Origin: Candidatus Bathyarchaeota archaeon
GTDB taxonomy: Archaea; Thermoproteota; Bathyarchaeia; TCS64
NCBI GenBank assembly: GCA_963769425.1
Contig: CAVYLP010000006.1
Location: forward strand, 128,001-192,000
Length of the DNA stretch: 64,000 bases
Reading direction: 5' to 3'
The position numbers and the translations under genes were made by a program. Shown piece by piece: positions 1 to 9,421 of the stretch (within the stretch, counting starts at the first letter, position 1; the number at the start of each line of letters is the position of its first letter). Below the pieces are notes generated by a model, which was not told where the DNA came from, ran no database searches, and was given only the letters and a program-made list of their open reading frames with translations.

Positions 1-12
1 CTTGTGTTGGCT

Positions 13-88
13 GGGCTGGTAGATCAGTCGTATGATCGCCGCCTTGGCATGGCGGAAGTCGGGGGTTCAAATCCCTCCCAGTCCACCA
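13..88 (+). tRNA. tRNA-Ala(GGC), intronless, CCA encoded
   Basis: Acceptor stem GGGCTGG/CCAGTCC with the G3:U70 Ala identity pair; anticodon arm CCGCC-TTGGCAT-GGCGG; T-arm GGTTCAAATCC; ends ACCA. Confidence 0.96.
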
Positions 89-249
89 ACCTAACTAACC
101 TAAAATGGGTCGTTTTTGGGGTTATTTTGGGTTTTAAGCTTATTTTAATTCTTCTCCCGAAATGCGCGTGCACTCATTTGGAGCCGGGAGGCTGTCGAAA
201 GAGAGGCAATCTCTTTGACTATACCATACTTCATAGCAGAGAACGAAGC

Positions 250-300
250 GCATACGATACTGGATCAATGCGATACCTGGGTATTTTGCACCTTTTCACT
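250..300 (+). repeat. Degenerate direct repeat, copy 1
   Basis: Core ACTGGATCAATGC at 259-271 is identical to 1400-1412, with further similarity over ~50 bp. Confidence 0.6.
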
Positions 301-465
301 AAATCTGATTAACCTTTAGACTCGTCTAGATTTTTCTAAAAAGCCTTCTCAACAGTTCTGATATTGCAACCATATTTCACAGCCTCGCTTCTGAGACCAT
401 CAAGCAAATCAGTGTAATGTCGAATAAACGTGAAAAGAACACTGGGCTCATCGCTGTACGTGAGA

Positions 466-1350
466 TTATTCATTTGGGCCGAGCAGTTGTCTGTCCTCAG
501 TTTTTCGCGATAACCGCGCCGGACCAAAGAATACTACAAGTGATATTGCCAAAATCCCGTGCAGAGCAGTAATAAAACACATCTTCACCCACCAAGTGAA
601 TTCAAAATTATCAAAGTGAAAAATCGTCCCAAATAACGCTGTATTAAGCACGACGTGGTAAAGATAACAAACGAATACACTTCCTCGAGTATTATTAAAT
701 AACCACGTCATTACGATTGAAATAAATATCACATTGAGTGAAAATACGAGAAAGACCAGGGGGTCTAAAGGCACAGGAAAGTTAGCGCCGGGGATTAGAC
801 TTATTGGCAGATGCCAGGTTGCCCAAATCACCCCGATGATCAAACTAGCGGTTAAGGCGCTTCTTGATTTCATCAGCCTTGGAAGTGCATACCCGCGCCA
901 CCCTGTTTCTTCAGCTAATGGACCACCAATGAACGCGGCTTGAAGAAACGCTGGAAATACCATGATCCACGCACTCCAATTGACCTCAGGACTGGCTCCA
1001 AATATGGAGACATATAGTTGAGTGGCGACAAAGTCAATCACGATTTGACTGACAAAAATGGCGAGGTACCACTTAGCGCCAACTCGCCATAGTTTCCACC
1101 CAGAAAAGAGCTTCTTTATTCCGCTGCGGCCCTCCTCAAGACCCGTGAGAATAAGTGCCGCGAAGGTTGGGCCAAAGAAGCCCAGGAATGCGAGGAGAAT
1201 GAGCGGAACGGGTGTGCTAGTGAATGATACTTGAAATGGGCTGAGGTAGTAGTATATTACTAAGGGAGTCCATATTCCCCAAGTTATAATGAATGTTAGT
1301 AAGAAGAATGACAGTAAGGGTTGTTTTGTTAGAATATTTGATTTAGACAC
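466..1350 (-). CDS. CPBP (CAAX/Abi family) intramembrane glutamic metalloprotease
   Basis: EETGWRG, WATWH and H-x3-N motifs; multiple TM helices; likely GTG start at 1350 after AAGGA (the ORF track extends to 1455). Confidence 0.88.
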   Translation of the reverse strand: MSKSNILTKQPLLSFFLLTFIITWGIWTPLVIYYYLSPFQVSFTSTPVPLILLAFLGFFGPTFAALILTGLEEGRSGIKKLFSGWKLWRVGAKWYLAIFVSQIVIDFVATQLYVSIFGASPEVNWSAWIMVFPAFLQAAFIGGPLAEETGWRGYALPRLMKSRSALTASLIIGVIWATWHLPISLIPGANFPVPLDPLVFLVFSLNVIFISIVMTWLFNNTRGSVFVCYLYHVVLNTALFGTIFHFDNFEFTWWVKMCFITALHGILAISLVVFFGPARLSRKTEDRQLLGPNE

Positions 1351-1390
1351 CGTTGTTTCCTTACAAGCTAGCCTACATGTATTATTAAGA

Positions 1391-1444
1391 GCATCTAACA
1401 CTGGATCAATGCAATAATTGAGTAATTTCGTTCCTTTTACTTCA
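1391..1444 (+). repeat. Degenerate direct repeat, copy 2
   Basis: ACTGGATCAATGC at 1400-1412; TTTTACTTCA at 1435-1444 recurs at 1970-1979. Confidence 0.6.
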
Positions 1445-1515
1445 TGTACGCACAATAAAAAAAGGGTAACGATCTCGCACCCAATGCTCCGTCTGACTAA
1501 TCTACGTTGATCAGC

Positions 1516-1818
1516 TTAAGTCGTTAACTCAGCGGCATCAGCGATTACTCGTGTCCTCTTCCGGACCCTTCTAACGGGAGCGGCCTTCACCACCGTAGGA
1601 GCCGCGACGTGGGGAGGAACCTCCGTGAGCCTCTCCGAGGTAAGGATCAGCTCGTAGCTCTCCACATAGTGTTCGAAGATGTTAGCTAAGCTGTTGTAGA
1701 TGCTCCCGAAGGAGTCATCACGACTAAACCTCATGGAGCAATCCCTTATTTCCCTAGACGCTTGTCGGGAATAGTCAATGTATCTCCGGATAACTTCGAG
1801 AGTGAATTCGTTCAACAC
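1516..1818 (-). CDS. Hypothetical protein (100 aa)
   Basis: Clean ORF in an otherwise noncoding gap; helical N-terminal part and basic C-terminal tail. Confidence 0.55.
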   Translation of the reverse strand: MLNEFTLEVIRRYIDYSRQASREIRDCSMRFSRDDSFGSIYNSLANIFEHYVESYELILTSERLTEVPPHVAAPTVVKAAPVRRVRKRTRVIADAAELTT

Positions 1819-2024
1819 AAGTCACCCAAACTGACGAGAATCAACCAAATACAAAGAAGTACGTGTGGCAACTGAATGGAACGATGGGCACTCTCAAGAC
1901 GCCATTACCTTATTTCCTAGTAAGAATAAACTACAGACTCGAGAGCATAAATCTGACAAATTCATTCCGTTTTACTTCACCGAATTGTCAATAATCCGTA
2001 AATGTGAACCGTATATGACTTCTA

Positions 2025-2038
2025 TCCCAGTCCACCAA
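2025..2038 (+). repeat. attR-like duplicate of the tRNA-Ala 3' end
   Basis: Exact match to 76-89. Confidence 0.75.
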
Positions 2039-2065
2039 ATTTTTTACTCCATAGAATTCGGCAAT

Positions 2066-3318
2066 TTAGGGCTTTTTTGACCGCGTACGCATAGGCACTT
2101 CCTCAAGCGCATCAACAAGCAAGGGAAGAAAAGCTCCCACGTCAGAGACTATCCCAACAGCCTGACTAGTACCCCTATCGCTGAGCTTAGTGACGACAGC
2201 CGGGTTGATGTCTAAGCAGACAACCTTCACACTCGACCTCAGCATATTCCCCACGGCTATGGAGTGAAGTGTGGACGCAAGCATGAGAACGAAGTCGACG
2301 TCCCTGACCAACTCCTTGTACCTCCTCTGAGCCTCAACAGAGTCCTTAATGACCTCGGGAATAGGCCCATCGTCTCTGATGGAGCTAGCTAGGACAAAGG
2401 GAATATCCTTCTTTACAAGCTGATAGAAAATACCGCTCCTGAGCCTACCCTCATCAATTAGGGCCCTAATTGATCCAGCCCTATTCACCTCGTTTATAGC
2501 CGCGATGTGGTTACGCGGCTCCCTCCTCCTCATACCATTATCAAGCTCCACGCCGAGGCTGGTACCGTAGAGCGCATACTCAATATCGTGAACAGCTAAT
2601 GCATTCCCAGCGAGGAGAGCGTCGACATAGCCAAGCTCGATCAGTTTAGCCAAGCTAGGAGCCGCGCCGGTGTGGATCACCGCGGGTCCAGCTACAACTG
2701 CTATCTTACCCCCATTCTCAGCCGTCTCGCGGAGCTCCTTAGCTATCTTCCTAATGAGGGAGATTGAGGGCTTTTCGGAGGAGACGTCGCTGTTCATGAA
2801 CTCGAAGACGCCCACTCCCTCCCGAGGACGTTCAGGGGGCTTTATCCTGATCCCTCTCTCACCCGTTACAACGAGGTCTCCTCTCCTAACTTGACCAATT
2901 GGCTTACAGTAAGCGGAACGCCTCTCCGGGTCGACGACGATCTGCTTGTCCATCATCAAATCCTCAACCTCAACCCATCCACTGCCTAAGTAGATGGAAG
3001 TTGGATGATTCGATGTGGAGTAGAAGTCAACTGGGAGAGTCATGTCCTGGGTGGCGGGCTTGTATTCGACCTCTGGGGTCTCTGGTGTCTTCGCCCCCAG
3101 GCGGAAGACCTCTTTGAGGATGTAGTCCAGGTGCTCCTGGTTCTTCCCTATGATCTGGATTCTGGTGGAGCTGTAGTCGTTTTTATGTTTCCCGATCTTG
3201 AAGTCGATGAACTCGAACTCTCCTCTCTGATCCATTATCTCGTCAAGAATCTTCGTCAGTATCATGGAGTCGATGAGATGACCTTCGACTTCTATAATCT
3301 GGGAAAAACTTGCCTCAT
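2066..3318 (-). CDS. LOR/SDH bifunctional-enzyme-domain protein (TIGR00300-type, ornithine cyclodeaminase-like); 5' end needs a frameshift or non-canonical start
   Basis: FYSTSNHPT, FEFMNSDVSSEK, GPAVIHTG, GNALAVHDIE, SIRDDGP, LHSIAVGN motifs; the N-terminal EVEGHLIDS motif lies upstream of the ATG at 3265. Confidence 0.85.
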
Positions 3319-3380
3319 TCCCTGAGGCTAATGGGAAAACTATCCCTCATCTGATTCACCGAGAGGTTAACCACCCAACT

Positions 3381-3393
3381 CATATATTAAAAG
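3381..3393 (-). promoter_or_regulatory. Probable TATA box for the LOR/SDH transcript
   Basis: TTTTAATATA on the minus strand ~25 nt upstream of the GGTGA SD-like motif (3360-3356). Confidence 0.45.
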
Positions 3394-4044
3394 TTACTGA
3401 AATGTTAATCGAGAGTAGGATCCCCTACAGTGTGGGCTTCCTTGATTTCGCATTTTTATTGATTTTCCTCCTCTCTATCGTGCGGGGTGTCACTGAGTTA
3501 TAGGTAACACATTCACCCACGCAACACTCTTTCAGCAAAGAGTTTGACTGTTAACTCACCGTCTTTCGAAAACTGATTCACCGTCATGCTGGTTTTACCA
3601 AGCACTCCAGCCGACACGCGAGGGTGATTGAGAAACCAAGTATTGCCCCAAGGGTTGCATTAAAAACCCATTACGTTCAGGAGGATTTTTTTTAAATATT
3701 ATAAAATTAACCTAACCGATACTAGCTAGGAAACATCTCTATTGCAGAGATAAAGATTATTGAGAATAAATAGACAGAAACTAAAAAAGGAATAAGAAGA
3801 TAGCACCGAAAAATCATCCAATTTCAACTAAAAGAAACATAAGAATTTAACACAAGGACTGAATGAGAGAGAAATTGAAGGAGCTAGGAAGAGAAAGAAG
3901 CTAAAAACCCGTACTTAAGGCCCGCATATAAATATAATGAATAATTTCTTAGAAATGTGTGCTCGGTCTGATGAGACCCAAGATAATCTATTATGAGTCT
4001 GATTTACTTTAAATAATATTTAGTGACATATGACATAGTCAGAA

Positions 4045-5388
4045 ATGGGGGTTATCACGAGTCACATGTCGCTTACTTCTGAGATGAGTCGAAAGGTGGA
4101 TGCCCTTCATAAACTCGTCACTAAGATGGCCAGAATGAACACCCTAAACGAGGTCTATACGTCCAGCTTCGACTTGCTCGGTAACCTCGATTTCTCTGTT
4201 AGCATCTGCATAGGTGTGGTGGAAGGGGATCTTCTCAGATTAACCTGCGCCAAGAATGTTCTTGATGCAGTTGCCGATCTTCCCCGAGGTGGCAAGGGGA
4301 TCATGGTTCGAGCGTGGCAGACAGGGGCCACGCAGGTCGTTAATGACACTCGGTTAGACCCTGACTTTGTTACTTCTAGACAGATTAACTACCTATCAGA
4401 GATGGCTGTTCCGGTGTGGTTCGATGGAAACGTCGTCGCGGTGATTAACATCAAGGACCAGAGAGCCGACGCTTTCACGGAGAGCGATCGGCAGATCGTC
4501 GAGATCCTGTCCGAGCATATGTCATCAACCATGTACAGGATCCGGCAGTCCTTGGAGCTGAGCGAGTCAGAGTCTAGATATCGTACATTGGTCGAGAACT
4601 CTAATGACGCTATACTCGTCGTGTCCTCTTCAACAATCGTCTACGTGAACACCGTCACAGCGAAGCTCTGTGGTTATGATAAGCCTGAGGAGATTATCGG
4701 TAAAGATGCTTTGGGATTCATCTCGCAGCGGTACCGCGAACAATTTAGAGAGCGGATTAAGAGCAGGCTCGAGGGTGAGCCGCAGCCAAGGAGATTTGAC
4801 CATGAGATAGTGAGGAAGGATGGCTCTATCATTCAGGTCGAAACCACCGCTTCGCTGATTAATTACGGTGGTAATCCAGCGGTTCTGTTCGTGGGACGAG
4901 ACTTGACGGAGAGGAAAAGGTTCGAGTCGAAGCTTTTCGCCCTCCATAAGCATGCGGCTCAGCTTGGTGCAGCGGAGACCATGGTCGAAGTCTCCGAAAC
5001 CACGCTTAGCGCTATCACCTCCGTAATGGGTTTCAAGCTGGCCAACTTCTTGGTGAAAGAGAGTGACAGCTTAGGTTGTATCGACGACGTTGGGTTTGGA
5101 TCGACCTATTGGAGTGTGCCAATAGAAGGGGAAGGAAATATTCCTCGGGCAGCTCGTGAGAAAAAAACGGTGCTTGACAATGATCTGAGTGGAGACTCTG
5201 ATCCCTATAAGAGCCAGCATGGTATCCGGTCACAGCTCGCTACGCCCGTGGTCATACAGGGAGAGGTGGAGGCGGTCATCAGTGTCGAGAGCACGAAAAA
5301 AGGGGCCTTCATAGATTCCGACGTGCAGATCCTTGAGATAATCGCGCAGCACGTCGCATCCGCCTTGGAAAGGATAGGGCACAGCTGA
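4045..5388 (+). CDS. GAF-PAS-GAF sensor protein with no output domain
   Basis: SEMAVPV..GNVVAVIN..AFTESD GAF; SESRYRTLVENSND..RDLTERKR PAS/PAC; second GAF (SQLATPV..AFIDSD). Confidence 0.82.
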   Translation: MGVITSHMSLTSEMSRKVDALHKLVTKMARMNTLNEVYTSSFDLLGNLDFSVSICIGVVEGDLLRLTCAKNVLDAVADLPRGGKGIMVRAWQTGATQVVNDTRLDPDFVTSRQINYLSEMAVPVWFDGNVVAVINIKDQRADAFTESDRQIVEILSEHMSSTMYRIRQSLELSESESRYRTLVENSNDAILVVSSSTIVYVNTVTAKLCGYDKPEEIIGKDALGFISQRYREQFRERIKSRLEGEPQPRRFDHEIVRKDGSIIQVETTASLINYGGNPAVLFVGRDLTERKRFESKLFALHKHAAQLGAAETMVEVSETTLSAITSVMGFKLANFLVKESDSLGCIDDVGFGSTYWSVPIEGEGNIPRAAREKKTVLDNDLSGDSDPYKSQHGIRSQLATPVVIQGEVEAVISVESTKKGAFIDSDVQILEIIAQHVASALERIGHS

Positions 5389-5884
5389 TCACGGCGTATT
5401 CAATACACTGCGTGCGACTCTAATTCTAGGAAACGATGATAACCAGAGGAGAGATGTGCCAGGGGATAAAACTACAGAAGGCGGAATATTATCGTGATAG
5501 TTCACGAGCGTGCTATATCGTCATCGATTGACAAGTCTTCGAAAGATGATCCGATCTTGAGTACAGAATAAGGAATCGCTGATCGTCACTCACTGCTGAC
5601 CAGAAAGCGCTTGTCTAGTTATTCTGCAGCGACGACCTGAAAATCTCCATCCCAGGCCCAACCAATAGGGCACCTGCCCAGAATAACACGGACACCTTGG
5701 GCCGAGTTATGAAAAAAGAAAGTTCAGGGAGTTAAACGAAGCCTGAGCCTCAGAACCGATGAAAGAAAATGCTGCGAATTGAAACGATTTAGAGGATAAA
5801 TGGAACCCACGGTAGGAGCTGCTGAATCATCCTTGGATGAACTCATATCTAAGTAGTGGTGATAGTTCCATACTGTGAGTCAAC

Positions 5885-7063
5885 TTGGTGTATGACTTCG
5901 ACACAATAATCGACAGACTCTCGACGAGCTCCTCGAAGTGGAGCTATAGGAAGAAGATGACCGGATACGAGGACATTCTCCCCATGTGGGTCGCCGACAT
6001 GGACTTCGCCTCCGCACCAGAAATAGTAGCCGCAATCAAGGAACGAGCCGCCCATCCAATCTACGGCTACACCTCTAAGACCGACGGCTACTTCAACGGC
6101 ATGATCAACTGGATGGCGAAGCGCAACGGGTGGAAGGGCATCCAGCGTGACTGGATCCTCTCGAGCCCCGGCGTCGTCCCCGGCTTCAACTACTGCGTAC
6201 AGGCCTACAGCCAACCCGGGGACAAGGTCTTAATCCAGCCCCCAGTCTACTACCCTTTCAAGAACGCCATACTTAACAACGGCCGCCAAGTCGTCGACAA
6301 CCCACTGAAGATCGTCGACGGCTACTACGTGATGGATTATGAGGACCTCGAGAAGAAGATCGACGGCAGGACGAAGATGCTCATTTTCTGCAGTCCGCAC
6401 AACCCGGTCGGCCGCGTCTGGAAGAAGGACGAGCTAAAGCACATGGCCGAGATCTGCGAGAAGAAGGACATCGTTATCGTCAGTGACGAGATCCACAGCG
6501 ACCTCATCCTGGGGAAGATCAAGCACACCTGCACCGCTACACTCAGCGACGACGCCCTAATGCGAACGGTGACCCTCACGGCCCCTAACAAGACATTCAA
6601 CATCGCCGGCCTGCAGAACGCCGACGCCATAATCCCCAACAAGAAGCTCAGGGACGCCTTCTTCAACGTCACGCAGAACAACAGCGTCAGCAATCCCAAT
6701 ATCTTCGGCATAGTGGCTCAGGAGGCCGCGTACGCGAAGGGTGAGCCGTGGCTCGAGGAGCTGCTCAAGTACCTGAAGGCAAACCTCGCATACTTCGAAG
6801 AATACTTCAAGAAGAACATGCCAATGCTCAAGGTCTACCCGCTCGAGGGCACGTACCTCGCCTGGGTCGACTTCACGGCCCTAGGCATGGGCGACAAGGA
6901 GCTACACACGTGGATGCTCGAGAAGGCGAGGCTCTGGCTCGACGACGGCGTAATGTTCGGCGCCGAGGGCAGCATGTACATGCGCTTCAATATCGCGTGC
7001 CCACGCGCCATGCTCAAGGACGGCCTCGACAGACTCGCGAAGGCGGTCAAGGCACACAAGTAG
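5885..7063 (+). CDS. MalY/PatB family PLP-dependent cystathionine beta-lyase
   Basis: LPMWVADMDF, CSPHNPVGRVW, SDEIHSD, APNKTFN (PLP Lys), GTYLAW. Confidence 0.92.
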   Translation: MVYDFDTIIDRLSTSSSKWSYRKKMTGYEDILPMWVADMDFASAPEIVAAIKERAAHPIYGYTSKTDGYFNGMINWMAKRNGWKGIQRDWILSSPGVVPGFNYCVQAYSQPGDKVLIQPPVYYPFKNAILNNGRQVVDNPLKIVDGYYVMDYEDLEKKIDGRTKMLIFCSPHNPVGRVWKKDELKHMAEICEKKDIVIVSDEIHSDLILGKIKHTCTATLSDDALMRTVTLTAPNKTFNIAGLQNADAIIPNKKLRDAFFNVTQNNSVSNPNIFGIVAQEAAYAKGEPWLEELLKYLKANLAYFEEYFKKNMPMLKVYPLEGTYLAWVDFTALGMGDKELHTWMLEKARLWLDDGVMFGAEGSMYMRFNIACPRAMLKDGLDRLAKAVKAHK

Positions 7064-7174
7064 CCGTATTTACGAATCTGGTTACGCGGTTTTTTTATCG
7101 TTTTATTCCATCACCCGAGTTACAAGGCCGGCATAATTTGTTATATCCTGCTTGTCCACTGATATTCGGCCGTA

Positions 7175-8059
7175 ATGACAGACCCTGTTATAATCATACA
7201 TGGTGGGGCTTGGGCGATACCCGATAGGCTCGTGGAGGTCAACATCAAAGGCGTCGAGGAAGCCGCCGAGAGGGGCTGGGCCGCCCTCGGGAGAAGCGGT
7301 TCAGCGCTCGACGCCGTCGTCGCCGCCGTCAACGCCCTCGAGGACAACCCCGTCTTCGACGCGGGCATCGGCTCGGTGCTCACGGAAGACGGCACCGTCG
7401 AGATGGACGCCATGATAATGGACGGTTCCACCCTCGGCGCTGGGGCCGTCGCTGGGCTCCACGACATCAGGCACCCCGTCGACCTGGCCCGAATCGTAAT
7501 GGAGAGGACGCCTCACGTCCTCATGATAGGGGAGGGTGCCCGGAGGCTCGCGGAGAAGTACAAGGTCGAGAAGCTCACCCAGAAACAACTCGTGACCGAG
7601 GAGGCGCGGAGGGAGCTTGCGGAGTGGCTGGAGAAGAGGAGGGCTGGGGCAGCCTTCGGCCACGAGACCGTTGGCGCCGTCGCCCTCGACGCAAAGGGTA
7701 ACGTGGCGGCAGCGACCTCAACCGGCGGGATGACGGGCAAACTCGTCGGCAGGGTAGGCGACGTACCGATCGTGGGCAGCGGCGGCTACGCCGACAACAA
7801 GATAGGTGGAGCCTCCTCCACCGGCCACGGCGAGGCCATCATGAAGGTCAACCTCGCCAGACTCGTCCTCACCCACGTGGAGGCGGGTACCCCTGTACAG
7901 GAGGCGACGGATAAGGCGCTAGTCTACATGAAGGAACGTGTCGCTGGGACGGGCGGCGTCATAGCCCTAGACTCTAAGGGTAACGTGGGGCATAGCTACA
8001 CGACGCCGCACATGGTCTGGGCCACCGCTAGGAATGGCAGGATAGAGTCGGGCATATAA
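7175..8059 (+). CDS. iaaA: Isoaspartyl peptidase / plant-type L-asparaginase (Ntn hydrolase)
   Basis: IIHGGAW, HETVGAVA (Thr nucleophile), TSTGG, GRVGD, STGHGE. Confidence 0.92.
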   Translation: MTDPVIIIHGGAWAIPDRLVEVNIKGVEEAAERGWAALGRSGSALDAVVAAVNALEDNPVFDAGIGSVLTEDGTVEMDAMIMDGSTLGAGAVAGLHDIRHPVDLARIVMERTPHVLMIGEGARRLAEKYKVEKLTQKQLVTEEARRELAEWLEKRRAGAAFGHETVGAVALDAKGNVAAATSTGGMTGKLVGRVGDVPIVGSGGYADNKIGGASSTGHGEAIMKVNLARLVLTHVEAGTPVQEATDKALVYMKERVAGTGGVIALDSKGNVGHSYTTPHMVWATARNGRIESGI

Positions 8060-8068
8060 CCCCGAAGA

Positions 8069-8410
8069 CTAAACCGCTCTCTTCTTGTACTCCTCGAGAT
8101 AATCCCGGGCGAACTCGTTCGCGTATCGCTCGGTCCCCTTGTGGCGGCCACTCACCGACCTGAGGTGGTGGTAGAACTCGTGGAGGATCAGGAACGGGTT
8201 TGAGAGCCCCTCGCCGCTCGCAACGTAGATGGTCACCTTGTCGAGCACGTAGCAGCCCGCGACGTTGGCGTGGCCCCTCGGGAGGCCGACCTGGAGGCTC
8301 GGGACATCAACGTCATAACGGTCCGCAAGCTCCTTTAGCGCCCCCTCGGCGTCGTGGGAAAGGATCATCTGGACCATCCTCGCCTTGAAACTCCCGTCGA
8401 CGCCCGACAC
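8069..8410 (-). CDS. Hypothetical protein with HExxH zincin-like motif
   Basis: ILHEFYHH followed by E..ANEFA. Confidence 0.65.
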   Translation of the reverse strand: MSGVDGSFKARMVQMILSHDAEGALKELADRYDVDVPSLQVGLPRGHANVAGCYVLDKVTIYVASGEGLSNPFLILHEFYHHLRSVSGRHKGTERYANEFARDYLEEYKKRAV

Positions 8411-8504
8411 CTGTGAGCCCCCTCAATACCCGTCAATGCCCGGTATTAAGGGATGAAGTGACAGATTCACGCTTTTAAACTCCTGAGCCCCCCTTCTCCA
8501 CGGA

Positions 8505-9419
8505 ATGGGGATAGAGAGAACCACGATAGGCAGCTTCCCGAGGTCGGAGAAGCCCCTAGGGGAGGCGGTGCGGGACGTCCTCGACCTACAGCTTAGGTAC
8601 GGGATAGACGTCGTCACCGACGGCGAGCAGAGGGCGGACATGATCACGTACTTCGAGCAGATACCCGGCCTCGACAGGGGGGGCAGGGGGCTCCGCGTCT
8701 CTGGGAAGATTAAACCCATGGACGACCCCAATGACTTCTACAAGATCAGGGACTTCGCCCTCGTCGAATCCTACCTCAGCGCCCACAAAACGCATGGCAT
8801 CAAGGGCAAGATAACGCTGACCGGCCCCGTCACCCTGGGGATGACCTCCGCCATGGGTGGGCTCACCGGCTACGGTAACGTCAGGGACCCCACACTCTAC
8901 GAGGACTGCGCCGACGCACTCATCCCCCTCGCCCAGAGGGCACTCGACCGGGGGACCCACCTCCAGATCGACGAACCGGGCCTATCCGCGAAGTTCGAGT
9001 CACCAAAGTACACTGAGCGGCTACTCTCCGCCCTCCCGGACAAGGCATTGGACGAGGGGAGGGTGAGCCTACACGTCTGTGGCTCCGTTGGCAAAATCTT
9101 CGACGAGTTGATGGGCCTAAGCGTGAACATCTTCAGCTTCGGCTTCAGCAGGGCGCAGGAGTCTAGGAACGTGGAGATGATAGCGGAGAAGTCGCTAAGG
9201 GAGGGGAAGAGGCTGGGGGTCGGGTTCATCTCCAACACCTCGCTGGAGGGACCAGAGACGGCTCAGGCGCGCCTCGGGAAGATAGCGGGGATCGTCGGCG
9301 TGGAGAACATCGCGTACATACACCCAGACTGCGGCTTCGCCCCCACACCCCCAGAGCTGGTCGAACCGATACTGAGGAACATGAAGGAGGCCTCCGACAG
9401 CTTCCTCCGCACGCTCTGA
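8505..9419 (+). CDS. Core (short, single-barrel) MetE-like methionine synthase
   Basis: TTIGSFPR, TDGEQR, TGPVTL, QIDEP, LHVCG, HPDCG; 304 aa with no folate-binding N-terminal barrel. Confidence 0.82.
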   Translation: MGIERTTIGSFPRSEKPLGEAVRDVLDLQLRYGIDVVTDGEQRADMITYFEQIPGLDRGGRGLRVSGKIKPMDDPNDFYKIRDFALVESYLSAHKTHGIKGKITLTGPVTLGMTSAMGGLTGYGNVRDPTLYEDCADALIPLAQRALDRGTHLQIDEPGLSAKFESPKYTERLLSALPDKALDEGRVSLHVCGSVGKIFDELMGLSVNIFSFGFSRAQESRNVEMIAEKSLREGKRLGVGFISNTSLEGPETAQARLGKIAGIVGVENIAYIHPDCGFAPTPPELVEPILRNMKEASDSFLRTL

Positions 9420-9421
9420 GG

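Larger units (their letters stand above)
76..2038. mobile_element. Integrase-less genomic islet at the tRNA-Ala(GGC) 3' end
   Basis: 14-bp direct repeat TCCCAGTCCACCAA at 76-89 (tRNA 3' end) and 2025-2038; much of the enclosed DNA is more AT-rich than the bulk of the window; no recombinase inside. Confidence 0.65.

Noticed and set aside
4-312. 102-aa ORF at the window start
   Set aside because: Overlaps tRNA-Ala and noncoding islet DNA; no protein-like features
3680-3950. Replication origin
   Set aside because: AT-rich, but there are no recognisable ORB repeats and no adjacent cdc6/orc1
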